From Macrostomum hystrix (Eukaryota > Animalia > Platyhelminthes), in the NCBI GenBank assembly GCA_950097015.1, contig CATNEN010000029.1, positions 2,480,001 to 2,544,000 of the forward strand: 64,000 nucleotides of DNA. Reading direction: 5' to 3'. Position 1 is the first letter of the stretch. Every line of letters begins with the position of its first letter. Shown here piece by piece: positions 12,606 to 23,439 of the stretch. The position numbers were made by a program, and so were the translations under genes. The notes under the pieces are model-generated. The model made no database searches, was not told the DNA's origin, and worked only from the letters and a program-made list of their open reading frames with translations.

Positions 12606-13010
12606 ATGGAAAAAGTCTCAGCTCCCCCACCGGCCTACGAGCCTCCTCAGGGCGGCAATCAGCCGCAGTACTATCCACCGCCTCATGGGGCCCAGTACGC
12701 GCACTCGCCGTACCCGCCGCCACCGCAGCAGCAGCAGCAGCCGCAGTTTATCACGCAGGTGGTTGTCACGCAGCCGGTAACATTCGACCGGCACCCGGTG
12801 CCAATGCAGTGTCCGCACTGCCGCGCCAATGTCACAACCACGGTGCACAAAAGCAACGGCGCTGTGCCCTGGCTGATCTGCGGCGGCCTGGTGCTTGTAG
12901 GCTTCTGGCTTGGCTGCTGCCTCATTCCGTTCTGCATCGATGACCTGAAGGACACCGAACACCGCTGCCCGAACTGCCAGCAGGTGGTTGGCAAGCACAA
13001 GCTGCTCTAG
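12606..13010 (+). CDS. LITAF: LITAF/SIMPLE-family membrane-associated zinc-binding protein, 134 aa, single coding exon
   Basis: Pro-rich N-terminus with PPAY (PPxY) motif, then CPHC, a hydrophobic stretch WLICGGLVLVGFWLGCCLIPFC, and HRCPNC. ATG to TAG is uninterrupted with GC-rich codons. The symbol is family-level (LITAF vs CDIP1 not resolved). Confidence 0.92.
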   Translation: MEKVSAPPPAYEPPQGGNQPQYYPPPHGAQYAHSPYPPPPQQQQQPQFITQVVVTQPVTFDRHPVPMQCPHCRANVTTTVHKSNGAVPWLICGGLVLVGFWLGCCLIPFCIDDLKDTEHRCPNCQQVVGKHKLL

Positions 13011-13695
13011 GTTGCTGAGGTCAGCGTTCTAATCGAAACGGAATACTCGTATGAAAGTACTGGATGAGTAAACCAAGGACTGTTAAATTCATACATTTTT
13101 ATTTTTGTTTATGCAAATAATAACTAAAACAATAATATCTCTCACTATGGTACATTGGGAACGACTCTCTTAAAGTAAAGTTTACAAAAATGCCTATTCA
13201 CAATGACGCACTCAGCAGACCATTGCCTTAAAATGTTTAAACTTTCTAAATTTATTTTTTTAAACTTTATTCAGATCGAAATGAAATCTATCCGATTCAT
13301 CACTTACTAAATTTACGTTTTAATTAATTGCTAACTGTTGTTCAAAACAAAAATGTTAATCTGTATTTGTCCTTTTTGAATGAATCGACATAAGAAATGC
13401 TGTTGTTCAACGCAAAATCCCGAAAAAAAAACGATTGAAATAAATCGGAATAGAAAATCCTCCTTTGTTACTTGATCTGTTTTAAACTCTTCTTTGCTAG
13501 ATGTTCTAAAGTCAATTTTGCGCGGATGGTTGTACCACGAGGATCCTAATATTAGTGCCACATATTTTTAATGTTGGCATTTGGCTCCCTCACGATGGAC
13601 CGTGTTGTTCATTTCCGCAGACGTATCAATTTTATGCAATTTTGACTGCTAACAAAGAGACCGCCTCAAAGTCTGCGGACAAAAAGGATGCGTAT

Positions 13696-14438
13696 AAAGA
13701 CTGGACAAAAAGACTGTAGACAAAGACTATGGACAAAAAGACTGTAGACAAAGACTGTAGACAAAAAGACTGTAGACAAAGACTATGGACAAAAAGACTG
13801 TAGACAAAGACTATGGACAAAAAGACTGTAGACAAAGATTGTAGACAAAAAGACTGTAGACAAAGACTGTAGACAAAAAGACTGTAGACAAAAAGACTGT
13901 AGACAAAGACTGTAGACAAAATGACTGTAGACAAAGATTGTAGACAAAAAGACTGTAGACAAAGACTGTAGAAAAATGACTGTAGACAAAGCTTGTAGAC
14001 AAAGACTGTAGACAAAAAGACTGTAGACAAAGCTTGTAGACAAAGACTGTAGACAAAAAGACTGTAGACAAAAATACTGTAGACAAAAAGATTGTAGACA
14101 AAAAGACTGTAGACTAAAAATGACTGTAGACAAAGCTGTAACAAAGGACTGTAGACAAAAAGACTGTAGACAAAGACTGTAGACAAAAGACTGTAGACAA
14201 AAATGTAGACAAAAGACTGTAGACAAAAAGACTGTAGACAAAGACTGTAGACAAAGACTGTAGACAAAAAGACTGTAGACAAAAAGACTGTAGACAAAAA
14301 GACTGTAGACAAAAAGACTGTAGACAAAAATGTAGACAAAAAGACTGTAGACAATGACAGTAAACAAAAAACTATAGAAAAAAAAGACTGTTGACAAAAA
14401 GACTGCAGACAAAGACTGTAGACAAAATGACTGTTCAC
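13696..14438. repeat. 13-15-bp minisatellite (AAAGACTGTAGAC[AA])n
   Basis: About 50 units varying in A-run length. Explains ORFs 13632..14483, 13783..14562 and 13811..14101. Confidence 0.95.
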
Positions 14439-14946
14439 AAAATACTTCATGGAGTCCATGTTCTTTCTTGTGCTTGTAATCATGCAATGCTAGCAATAGG
14501 ACCAAAATGCTAGCTATACGTAAGCTCGTACATATACCTTTCAACAATACGCGCTTGTACATCTGTTATGATGAATTTTCGGAACTGTTTCCTCTGGAAT
14601 CCGTACCTTGCGTTTTCCCTGCACTTTTCATACGTTTGGCTTGTATCTCCATCCCCCCCTAGTTATTAACAATCTAATTGGTTGGCTATGCTCACAATTC
14701 CTCGTGTGAGCATAGCCAACCAAATAAATGCTGTCAGAAACAAGACGATTTTATACAAAAAAAGAGAGAGCAGTAACCAAATAATGCTTTAAAAAAATAG
14801 CTCGGTTTGGAAAAAGCATCCAAAGTATAGCTACTGCTGCTGTGTTTAAAAGACTATATATTTTTGGATAGTCAAGCAAACGCAAAGCGTGAACAGAGGC
14901 GTATGATTGCGTTGCATCAATCCACAGGGAGCTGCATACTGTAGCT

Positions 14947-15683
14947 CAGGGGTCGGCAAACTTATTTGTGTGCGGCCCACGGAGACGACAGCGGGCCGCA
15001 TTGACTGAAGGAATATGAGAAATTGGAGGGATGAGACACGGGATAGATTAGACAGGGGAAAATAATACAGGGGATAGATGAGACACGGAAGAGATGAGAA
15101 TCGAAGTAGATGAGGCAGGGGAGAGATGAGACAGGGAGAGATGAGACAGGGGAGATATGAGACAGGGAGATATGAGACAGGGAGAGATGAGACGGGGGAG
15201 ATATGAGACAGGGAGATATGAGACAGGGAGAGATGAGACGGAGAGATGAGGCAGGGAGAGATGAGACTGAGGAGAGATGAAACTGAGGAGAGATGAGACG
15301 TGAGAGATGAGCCAAAGAGAAATAAGACAGGGAGAGATGAGACAGGGAGAGATGAGGCAGGGGAGAGATAAGACACAGGACAGATGAGACAGGGGAGATA
15401 TGAGGCAGGGAGAGATGAGACAGGGAGAGATGAAACTGAGGAGAGATGAGACAGGGAGAGATGAAACTGAGGAGAGATGAGACAGGGAGAGATGAAACTG
15501 AGGAGAGATGAGACAGGGAGAGATGAAACTGAGGAGAGATGAGACAGGGAGAGATGAAACTGAGGAGAGATGAGACAGGGAGAGATGAAACTGAGGAGAG
15601 ATGAGACAGGGAGAGATGAGACAGGATTTTGGGAGATTCGGAGGGCCGCATCTGGCCCGCGGGCCGGGGTTAGCCGACCCCTG
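14947..15683. mobile_element. Non-autonomous hAT (Charlie/MER58-like) MITE with internal 16-bp minisatellite
   Basis: TIRs CAGGGGTCGGCAAAC (14947-14961) and GTTAGCCGACCCCTG (15669-15683) match 14/15. 8-bp TSD CTGTAGCT / CTTTAGCT matches 7/8 with central TA. Subterminal GGCCCGCGGGCC. Interior about 15030-15625 is (GAGATGAGACAGGGGA)n. Confidence 0.92.
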
Positions 15684-15727
15684 CTTTAGCTTCTCAGTGC
15701 AGTATTACGCATGATTACAATTACAGG

Positions 15728-16645
15728 TTAAATTATTTTAGTCTCCATGTGCTGTCTCCGCTTACCATTCTTTGAAGTGCTAACAATTTCACCATTCGCA
15801 GGAAATTCCCAAAGGCCATATCGAGATGGTGCATGTTTGAATTGCGGCTTCGGAGGAGGCGCAGCTGGCGGTTGATCAGCTTTAACTGCAGACGAATCTG
15901 ATTCAGAAAGCTTGCTTTTTTTCCTGTGATGCGCTTCGGTGGCTCTCACTACACCATTTTCCTTTTCCATTTTGTTCGAATTCCCTTTGTAGTTTGTTGA
16001 TGCTAAGTCAGGACTGTCAAAATTAAGATGATCACTCTCATTGGAATCACGAATTACGCACAAGGGCCTTTCAAAACAAATTTTCGAGTCCATTTGTTGA
16101 TTGCCCTCTGGTTTGAAGTGAGCAATGCATTCAGCTCTGCTCAGGGCCTCTTCTACGGTTTTCGCCATGCCTGTTCCTTCGAAGTTCCAAGCGTCCGCCG
16201 TGCATGTAGTTGGGCCACCGTGCATGTCTTCAGACTTCTCAACACATGAGTTCTCAGACGGGAACATGAGACTACAATAATAGGAATTCATTCCACAGGC
16301 GTAGATGAGATTCCAAAAATGATAGAAGTTGCACCTCTGACACACGTCTATACCGCGCTCCAGTCTTTCGCAGTTCACGCATGGACAAAGTCCATGGACA
16401 AAATCACACGGCTGCACGGACGGAAATCTGAGCATGCTACTGTTTGGACAATTGTAGTAAAGAGGGCCAAATATTGGATCCTGCCAGAGTGGGGCGCACT
16501 GAATGTTGTAATTCGGCAGAGCGTCGTGGCAGTATGGTACGCGACAGTTGATGCTCGGACAAGACCTTGGATAACAATTGATGGGTCGATGAAACCATGC
16601 CAGCGGGCAGTTTCGGGCGATTCCAGACATGTCGATATCAGTCAT
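15728..16645 (-). CDS. Orphan protein, 305 aa, Cys-rich N-terminal half and charged/Pro-rich C-terminus
   Basis: Non-repetitive 918-bp ATG to TAA frame. The ATG follows a 33-nt GT-AG intron (16647-16679: GTAAGT...TACTAAC...CAG) with a perfect branch point. No family recognised. Confidence 0.7.
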   Translation of the reverse strand: MTDIDMSGIARNCPLAWFHRPINCYPRSCPSINCRVPYCHDALPNYNIQCAPLWQDPIFGPLYYNCPNSSMLRFPSVQPCDFVHGLCPCVNCERLERGIDVCQRCNFYHFWNLIYACGMNSYYCSLMFPSENSCVEKSEDMHGGPTTCTADAWNFEGTGMAKTVEEALSRAECIAHFKPEGNQQMDSKICFERPLCVIRDSNESDHLNFDSPDLASTNYKGNSNKMEKENGVVRATEAHHRKKSKLSESDSSAVKADQPPAAPPPKPQFKHAPSRYGLWEFPANGEIVSTSKNGKRRQHMETKII

Positions 16646-16993
16646 TCTGCGGTGTTCGTTAGTAAAGCAGGGCACTTACAAAATGTCGTTTGTGTGTTTG
16701 TCAGTTTTGCGCTCTGAACTATGACATTCGATTTCGCCCAGAGACTATAAAGTGAAGGATGGATGTACTTTAGAATGTACTTTTTGATTTTTCCTACAAT
16801 ATATACTTTGAGTCCATGGGCTGAACATCTCTGCTACGAACAAGTAAAAAATGCTACTTTTAGGTTATATATAGTATCACACGCGATAATAGATCATTCT
16901 ATGGAAAAGAAAGTTGAAGGATGCGTTTTTATCAGGCAGGGGCGAAGCCGATTAAAGGTCTAACGAGCCAAAAACTGGGGATTAAATATACTT

Positions 16994-17866
16994 CTCATCC
17001 GGATCCCAGATCCTCATCCGGATCCCAGATCCTCATCCGGATCCCAGATCCTCATCCGGATCCCAGATCCTCATCCGGATCCCAGATCCTCATCCGGATC
17101 CCAGATCCTCATCCGGATCCCAGATCCTCATCCGGATCCCAGATCCTCATCCGGATCCCAGATCCTCATCCGGATCCCAGATCCTCATCCGGATCCCAGA
17201 TCCTCATCCGGATCCCAGATCCTCATCCGGATCCCAGATCCTCATCCGGATCCCAGATCCTCATCCACCAGATCCCAGATCCTCATCCGGATCCCAGATC
17301 CTCATCCGGATCCCAGATCCTCATCCGGATCCCAGATCCTCATCCGGATCCCAGATCCTCATCCGGATCCCAGATCCTCATCCGGATCCCAGATCCTCAT
17401 CCGGATCCCAGATCCTCATCCGGATCCCAGATCCTCATCCGGATCCCAGATCCTCATCCGGATCCCAGATCCTCATCCAGATCCCAGATCCTCATCCGGA
17501 TCCCAGATCCTCATCCGGATCCCAGATCCTCATCCGGATCCCAGATCCTCATCCGGATCCCAGATCCTCATCCGGATCCCAGATCCTCATCCGGATCCCA
17601 GATCCTCATCCGGATCCCAGATCCTCATCCGGATCCCAGATCCTCATCCGGATCCCAGATCCTCATCCGGATCCCAGATCCTCATCCGGATCCCAGATCC
17701 TCATCCGGATCCCAGATCCTCATCCGGATCCCAGATCCTCATCCGGATCCCAGATCCTCATCCGGATCCCAGATCCTCATCCGGATCCCAGATCCTTATC
17801 CGGATCCCAGATCCTCATCCGGATCCCAGATCCTTATCCGGATCCTCATCCGGATCGCAGATCCCA
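16994..17866. repeat. 19-bp minisatellite (CATCCGGATCCCAGATCCT)n
   Basis: About 46 near-identical units, each with a BamHI site. Explains ORF 16921..17895. Confidence 0.97.
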
Positions 17867-18342
17867 GTTCAGAAAGGCGACGAGCTTCTCTATAGTAACG
17901 TAACAAGCAGCTGTCGTGAGTGAAGCTTCAAAGATGCTTTTTAAAAGACAAACTTAGATGAAATCCACTCCGACTAACAGAACCTACTTAACTTGAATGT
18001 ACATTTTGCTAAAATAGTTAATATTTATAGAAAAAGTATACTTATTTTATAATTTATAGGAAAAAAGATGCATATGAAAATATTCTTGCTTTAAAATAAG
18101 ATAAAATTCCTAGTGAATAATAGTATCGAGTTGATCCTTAGAAGTCTTGTAACTAAGCTAAAACAGCAACAGAGGCCTATGTTTTAGTGGCTACTAAAAT
18201 GCTTTACTCGGTCAAGAAAGACGTCTGACAAAGTAAATGCTGTTTCTCACTGCCATTTTTCAGGAGTAAAGGCGGTAAAATCTCTTGAAATGTACACTTT
18301 ACGAGTGTTAACTATTTCTTGGTCGAATTCAGTAGTACAGGT

Positions 18343-19592
18343 TCATTTGAGTCCAGAATTACTGGCCGCAGCGATCTTATTCTTAGCCAAGTTTCCAGCC
18401 TTCATATGAGTTGAATCAGTCAGGTTGTATCGAATATTGGCGCGCTTCTTGGCCCAATCTACAGAGCCAGCACCCTTTTGTGACTTTGCTGTCAGATCCG
18501 GGAATTGCTTTTCATTTCGCCTGTTGTGGGAATGACAATTACAGATTTTTGGACCTGTGAATACAAGAAGCCCCCGACTTGCCATGCTCCATCAACTGGC
18601 ATGCATTAACAATGTTCGGGCTACTTCTTGTGCATTAATTCTATAGGATAACTCCTGTTTTTTCCGATCGTCAAACTTCAAACGTCAAACATCGACCCAC
18701 TACCTATTGTATTACCTGTACCTTAAAAAACTATGCGCAGTAGTTAGTGCAAGTTTGGCCATCGTTTTTATTATGAAAACTATACGAGCTAATTAAAACT
18801 AGTGTGATGTACCTAATTTTATGAACTAATTACCTGAAACATGAGCTCATTGCAAGTGTGGACCTTCACCCACCAAAAACCCACATTCCCCATGTCCCAC
18901 TAGGTGTGGTCATCATTTGATGGGGAAGCCATTCCATAACTGGTTTTAGGTAGGAAAAAATAATAGAAAAATTTATGAATCTAAACAAACTGGAACTATT
19001 TTATTTGATTAAAGTTCAACAAGCCCCTACTTTCTGTTCGCTATTGTCATGTCAGTTTGGTCCGACACTCGACTCTTGATATGTTTGCCGCTATTAAACA
19101 CTTTAGAAAGTATCAATTTAGAAAGCTAATATTTTACCGACGGTCCGACGACCTAAAGCTGCGGCACTTGGCTGCCGGATCGTTAGACTTCAGGTTAGAA
19201 CAAGATCTTGCAGTCTGGTGTATATCAGGGAACAGGTAGGAAAACAGCAGGTTCCACACGCGGCAGAAGTAACGCTTCTGACATTCAGCAACAGCCTTCT
19301 TCACTCGCTCACCGGCTACGGCCACTCGCAGGCGAATGTTGACAATGTCGCAGGGCAGACAGGGCCGATCGCCATTGACGCAGTCGATGCCTGGCTTGGG
19401 CAGCTGCTTTAGCGGCAGTCCGGGGCCGCGCCATTGAGCACGCTGGAATCGTTTGAAACGTGACATATCGTGGCCTTTATTAACAGCTTCTTCGTCCGAA
19501 CAATCTTGCTTATCGTCATCGAATAGTTTGTACACTCGTCGACCATCAAAAACTTCTTCATCGAAGCCTCTACCGAACGATATCCAAGCCAT
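18343..19592 (-). CDS. Probable multi-exon orphan gene
   Basis: ORF from ATG 19592 with coding-like C/G-ending codons to donor CG|GTAAAA (19137). Then a 47-nt intron, a 60-nt exon 19090-19031 (donor GTAGGG), and an in-phase terminal exon ending TGA at 18343. Internal exon structure is ambiguous and no homology was recognised. Confidence 0.45.
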
Positions 19593-19817
19593 GCTTGACA
19601 ATCCAAACGATGAGATAGTTGTTAAAAAATATGCAGATCGGACGAGTCTAAGCAAATATTCGATATTCATATGCCGTTTAAGTACAACTTTTAAAGCCAC
19701 AGACTAATTAGCGTTTTTACGATTGTGCGCAAGCAGTTCAATGGGGCCGTATTTAATCTCTTTCACTACATGTAGCGTTAGAGCAAGCTTTAAACAATCG
19801 AGGCACCATGATACCAC

Positions 19818-22394
19818 GCCCCCTTCCACTCGCCCTGATGAGGCTCAAGGCTTCTTCAAGCAACTCTCGGCGCTGGTGGAGGAGATGGCACGAGACACTG
19901 TGGTCGTTCTTGGAGACCTGAACGCAGTTGCACGGAGGTCCAAGCGGTCGCTGTTTGTTACGCCACGCGAGAACAACAATACCGAAGCACTGGAGGACTT
20001 CCTGGAAAGGCAGGACATGGTGTCGGCCAACACACGTTTCGGCAAACCACCGAGCAGGCTCGCAACCTTTGTGGGCTGCAAGCGGAGAAGGCGGAATGCG
20101 CGCCGCCGAAATGCTACGCGACGGCTAGCACAGCTCGACCACGTGCTTGTGCGCTCTCGTGAGCAAGGCCGCGTTGCCAATTGCCGCGCTATCACGCCGC
20201 TAGTCCTGCGGTCCGATCACAAGCTCCTCGTCTGCGACCTCAACCTACGCGATCCGCTCTATCGCCCGCCTAAGCGGCCACCGCGGCGCTACTACCGTGC
20301 GCTTAAGGACGCTGACACGCGCCGCCGCTTCGCTACCGCATTCACCACCGCGCTGGGCGGCAGGTGTGGAAGTGCCGAGTACGCGGAGATCAGCGCTGCT
20401 GTTCGAGCCGCAGCGGAGCAAGCGGTCCCACTGATGCAGCCGGCCCAGCGTGGGCTGCCGGTCTGGCAGAGTGACCCCGTGATCCAGCAAGCGAGGGAGG
20501 AACTGGAGAAGCTCCGTCTGAGCAGGCGACCTACACGCGAGGCTGAGGAGGCCCTAGCAGTCGTCTACCTGCAGCGGCAGCAAGCCGCTGTGGATGACGC
20601 CATCAAGGCCGTGTCAGCCGCTGGGCCCGACGCTAAAGGTCGAGTGGCCTGGTCCGCCATCAATGCTCTGACGGGGCGAAAGCGGCGCCTACAACTGAAC
20701 TTGGCTGGCGACACTGCTGAAGAGCGCCGCAACGAGCTGCGCGAGTTCTTCGCCGCCACTGTCAACGCGCCGCCACCCCCGCAACCCAACAACCTGAGAC
20801 TGCCGCCGGAGACGCCGTTACCGTCGGCAGAGAGTTTCAACGTGGCACCGGTCACCAAGGATGATGTTGTACTGCTGGCCCAAAAGTCATCGGGCGGCAA
20901 AGCGCTGGGTCCAGACGAGGTACCCATCGAAGCACTGCGGCTCCACTGTGTGGCTGGCGAGGTCGCCAGTGTGATGAATCGCGTGCTTTCCGGTGAGGCA
21001 GCGCCCAACGAATGGACCATGGCCCACATCGTCGCGATTCCGAAGAAGCCGGGCACCACAAAGCTAGAGGAGCATCGAGGCATCTGCCTGCAGTCCTGCG
21101 CTGCGAAGCTGTTTAACCGGATGCTGCTATCCCGGTTGCAGCCCGTGTTGGATCCCTACCTGCGGCCCGAGCAGAACGGGTTCCGACCCCAACGCGGCAC
21201 AGTGGCGCAGATCCTTGCTCTTCGCCGAGTCATCGAGGAAGCGAACATCCGCCAGTCGATCCTGATCTTCGTAGATTTCAGGAAGGCCTTCGACTCGGTG
21301 TTGAGGGCCGCGCTCCCATTGGTGCTTCGCGCTTACAACGTGCCAGAGCAGCTGGTTTCCGCCGTCATGGCGATGTACCACGACACCAAAGCTGCCGTGA
21401 TGACACCGGACGGCCTATCGGATCCCTTTGACACATCCTCCGGAGTGCTTCAAGGGGACACGCTGGCGCCGTTCCTGTTCGTTCTGGTGCTAGACTGGGT
21501 GCTGCGCACTGCCATGCCGACTAATGACGACAGTTTTCTGCTGCGGCGACGCGTGGGTCGACGCCAACCAGAGAGGCGGCTCAGCGTGCTTGGCTACGCC
21601 GACGATCTCGCCCTGCTGTCCTCGACTGTCGAGGGCGCCCAACGCCAGCTGGATAGGCTGGTTGCTGCGGCGGCGAGCGTCGGTCTGGTGGTCAACACGC
21701 AGAAGACCGTCGTGCTCTGCGTGCCGGGCGACATCGAGGCCGCAATTTTCTGCCGAGGCGCTGACGGGCAGGTGGCAGAACTCCCGCGCTGTCAGCAGTT
21801 CGTCTACCTTGGCGGTCTGGTGCCTAACGTCCGCGAGGATCTGCGGCGTCGCCGCGGTCTTGCCTGGGCAGCCTTCCACTCGGTGCGAGCTGTCCTGCAT
21901 TCCGTGGCCCTGCCTGACCGTCAGAGGGCGGCGCTGTTCCAGGCGGTGGTCGAGACTGTCCTGCTTTACAACGCCGAGACATGGACGCTGACGGAGACGC
22001 TGGAGCATCTAGTCGATGCAGCGCACGCTGGCCTGCTGCGCGCTGCCTTCAAAGTCGGCAATGATGATCGGACCACCAACGCGGCACTCTATCGCCGCGC
22101 CGGCCTGACCCGTCCAAGCGAGCTGTTGCGCCGTCGGCGGCTACAGCTGGCAGGCCACCTAATCCGAGCCGAGGAGTACTGCCCCCAGCCCGTGCAAGAG
22201 GTACTTCTGCTGACGACGCAAGCACCCTACCGGCGGGGGCAAGCGCGAACTCGGCGTTTCGTCGACTGCCTGCTAGCCGACGCCGGCGCCCCGGATACTG
22301 CTGGGGGTCCTGCTTTTGTTTGCGCCCAGGCCTTGAAACATGCCTTCTGACGCCATGGACCATGGAGAGACCTGGCGCATATTGTTGTTGTTGT
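19818..22394 (+). mobile_element. 5'-truncated non-LTR retrotransposon, RTE clade (RTEX-like), partial AP endonuclease plus intact RT
   Basis: APE C-half motifs GDLNA, LDHVLV, SDHKLL. RT motifs QNGFR, FVDFRKAFDSV, GVLQGDTLAPFLF, YADD, FVYLG, LLYNAETWTL. Stop at 22350, (TTG)4 tail 22382-22393, perfect 10-bp TSD ATGATACCAC at 19808-19817 and 22395-22404. Confidence 0.96.
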
Positions 22395-22504
22395 ATGATA
22401 CCACATTTGAGCATACCGAAATGCTGTGAAATTTTTTAATTCAATTAATTGTAGTGTCGACATTCACTGCAGCCAAATCTAGTGCTATAGACTTTGTAGA
22501 CCAA

Positions 22505-22890
22505 GGGTTGTAGCCTAGTGGTTAAGGGCGTCTGACTCAAGACTTGAAGGTCGAGGGTTCGAATTCCAATTGAGGGTGATTGATGGTGCGTGTGGCATTT
22601 CCCCAGTCCATGGACTGAACAGCCGTACGCAGCCTTCAGATGCGCCGCGCAATAGCTGCAGCTGCGCTGTAGGTTGCACGGGTGGCTTTCAAAAGACCGA
22701 AACTTCACAACGCCGAGAAGTAAAAATGCAGGACAGTGTAATAATTTTCGGCGTTGTGAAGTTTCGGTCTTGTGAAGGGGTCTGCCTTTTGGTTTTTCGG
22801 CGTTGTGAAATTTCGGTCTTGTGAAGAAACCCCGACTGCACATCTGGTCCGATTGCGGCAGGTGTAATTAATAATTATAACGATTATCAA
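22505..22890 (+). mobile_element. tRNA-derived SINE, copy C, interrupted by a MITE
   Basis: A-box TAGCCTAGTGGTTAAGG, B-box GGTTCGAATTCC, 48-nt body identical to copy A, 3' part CTGCACATCTGG...GGCAGGTG, and an ATT-rich tail. Confidence 0.88.
22680..22833. mobile_element. 154-bp MITE-like insertion inside SINE copy C
   Basis: Imperfect ~37-bp terminal inverted repeats (core AAGACCGAAA[C/T]TTCACAACGCCGA) and a degenerate 8-bp duplication GGTTGCAC / GACTGCAC. The segment is absent from SINE copy A. Confidence 0.7.
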
Positions 22891-23439
22891 TTATAGACTG
22901 CAATTTACACTGAAAAGATCTTTCTCGATGCTGTCAAAACACGAGTAACGTGTGTCCAACAATGAGCAGTTGCTTGCCGGCATTTTCTTGCGAATTCTTA
23001 TAAGTAAATTCTCGTAAATTTATAAGCCTTTCCGGAAACGACCAAATATTTTTGGTCGTCAAGCAGAAATAGAAAAAGTAATATCTTTGAACAATTACGG
23101 ATTGGTTCTATAACTTGTCAGTCTAACTACAATACATTCTGTATTAGCAACACAAAACTAATTTAGTAATAAGTTGAAATTCTCACATAGGGAGGCATAG
23201 ATCGACCGGTTATCAATTTCTGAGCTATTGACAGGCTACTCTAAAGTGTTTCTCTAGATCTGATATACATGAAAAAACCATGGGGAAATATTTTAAGCGC
23301 GTGGCTGCGGTGCCAGATGCAGAAAATGATTGGAGTCATTTACAAAAGTGTTCACGCAAAATACGGGTTCCCTTATTTCTAGGTCTTATACCACACCTAT
23401 ATCATCTGTTATTGTAAAACTGTTTAAAACGACATCAAT

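Noticed and set aside
13640-14660. Tiny minus-strand gene (MYKRVLLK|ALHDYKHKKEHGLHE|TLRRSLC) spanning the 13.7-kb array
   Set aside because: GT-AG pairs can be drawn (44- and 48-nt introns) but the product is 30 aa with no homology, and upstream phases conflict.
22330-22394. LINE 3' end as partner of the SINE family
   Set aside because: Only short patchy similarity (GCCTTC.GA.GC, CCATGGAC), and the tails differ (TTG vs ATT).
22505-22570. Functional tRNA genes (also 5376-5450 and 35536-35612)
   Set aside because: A/B boxes are present but acceptor stems do not pair, and the heads run into shared SINE bodies or unrelated sequence.
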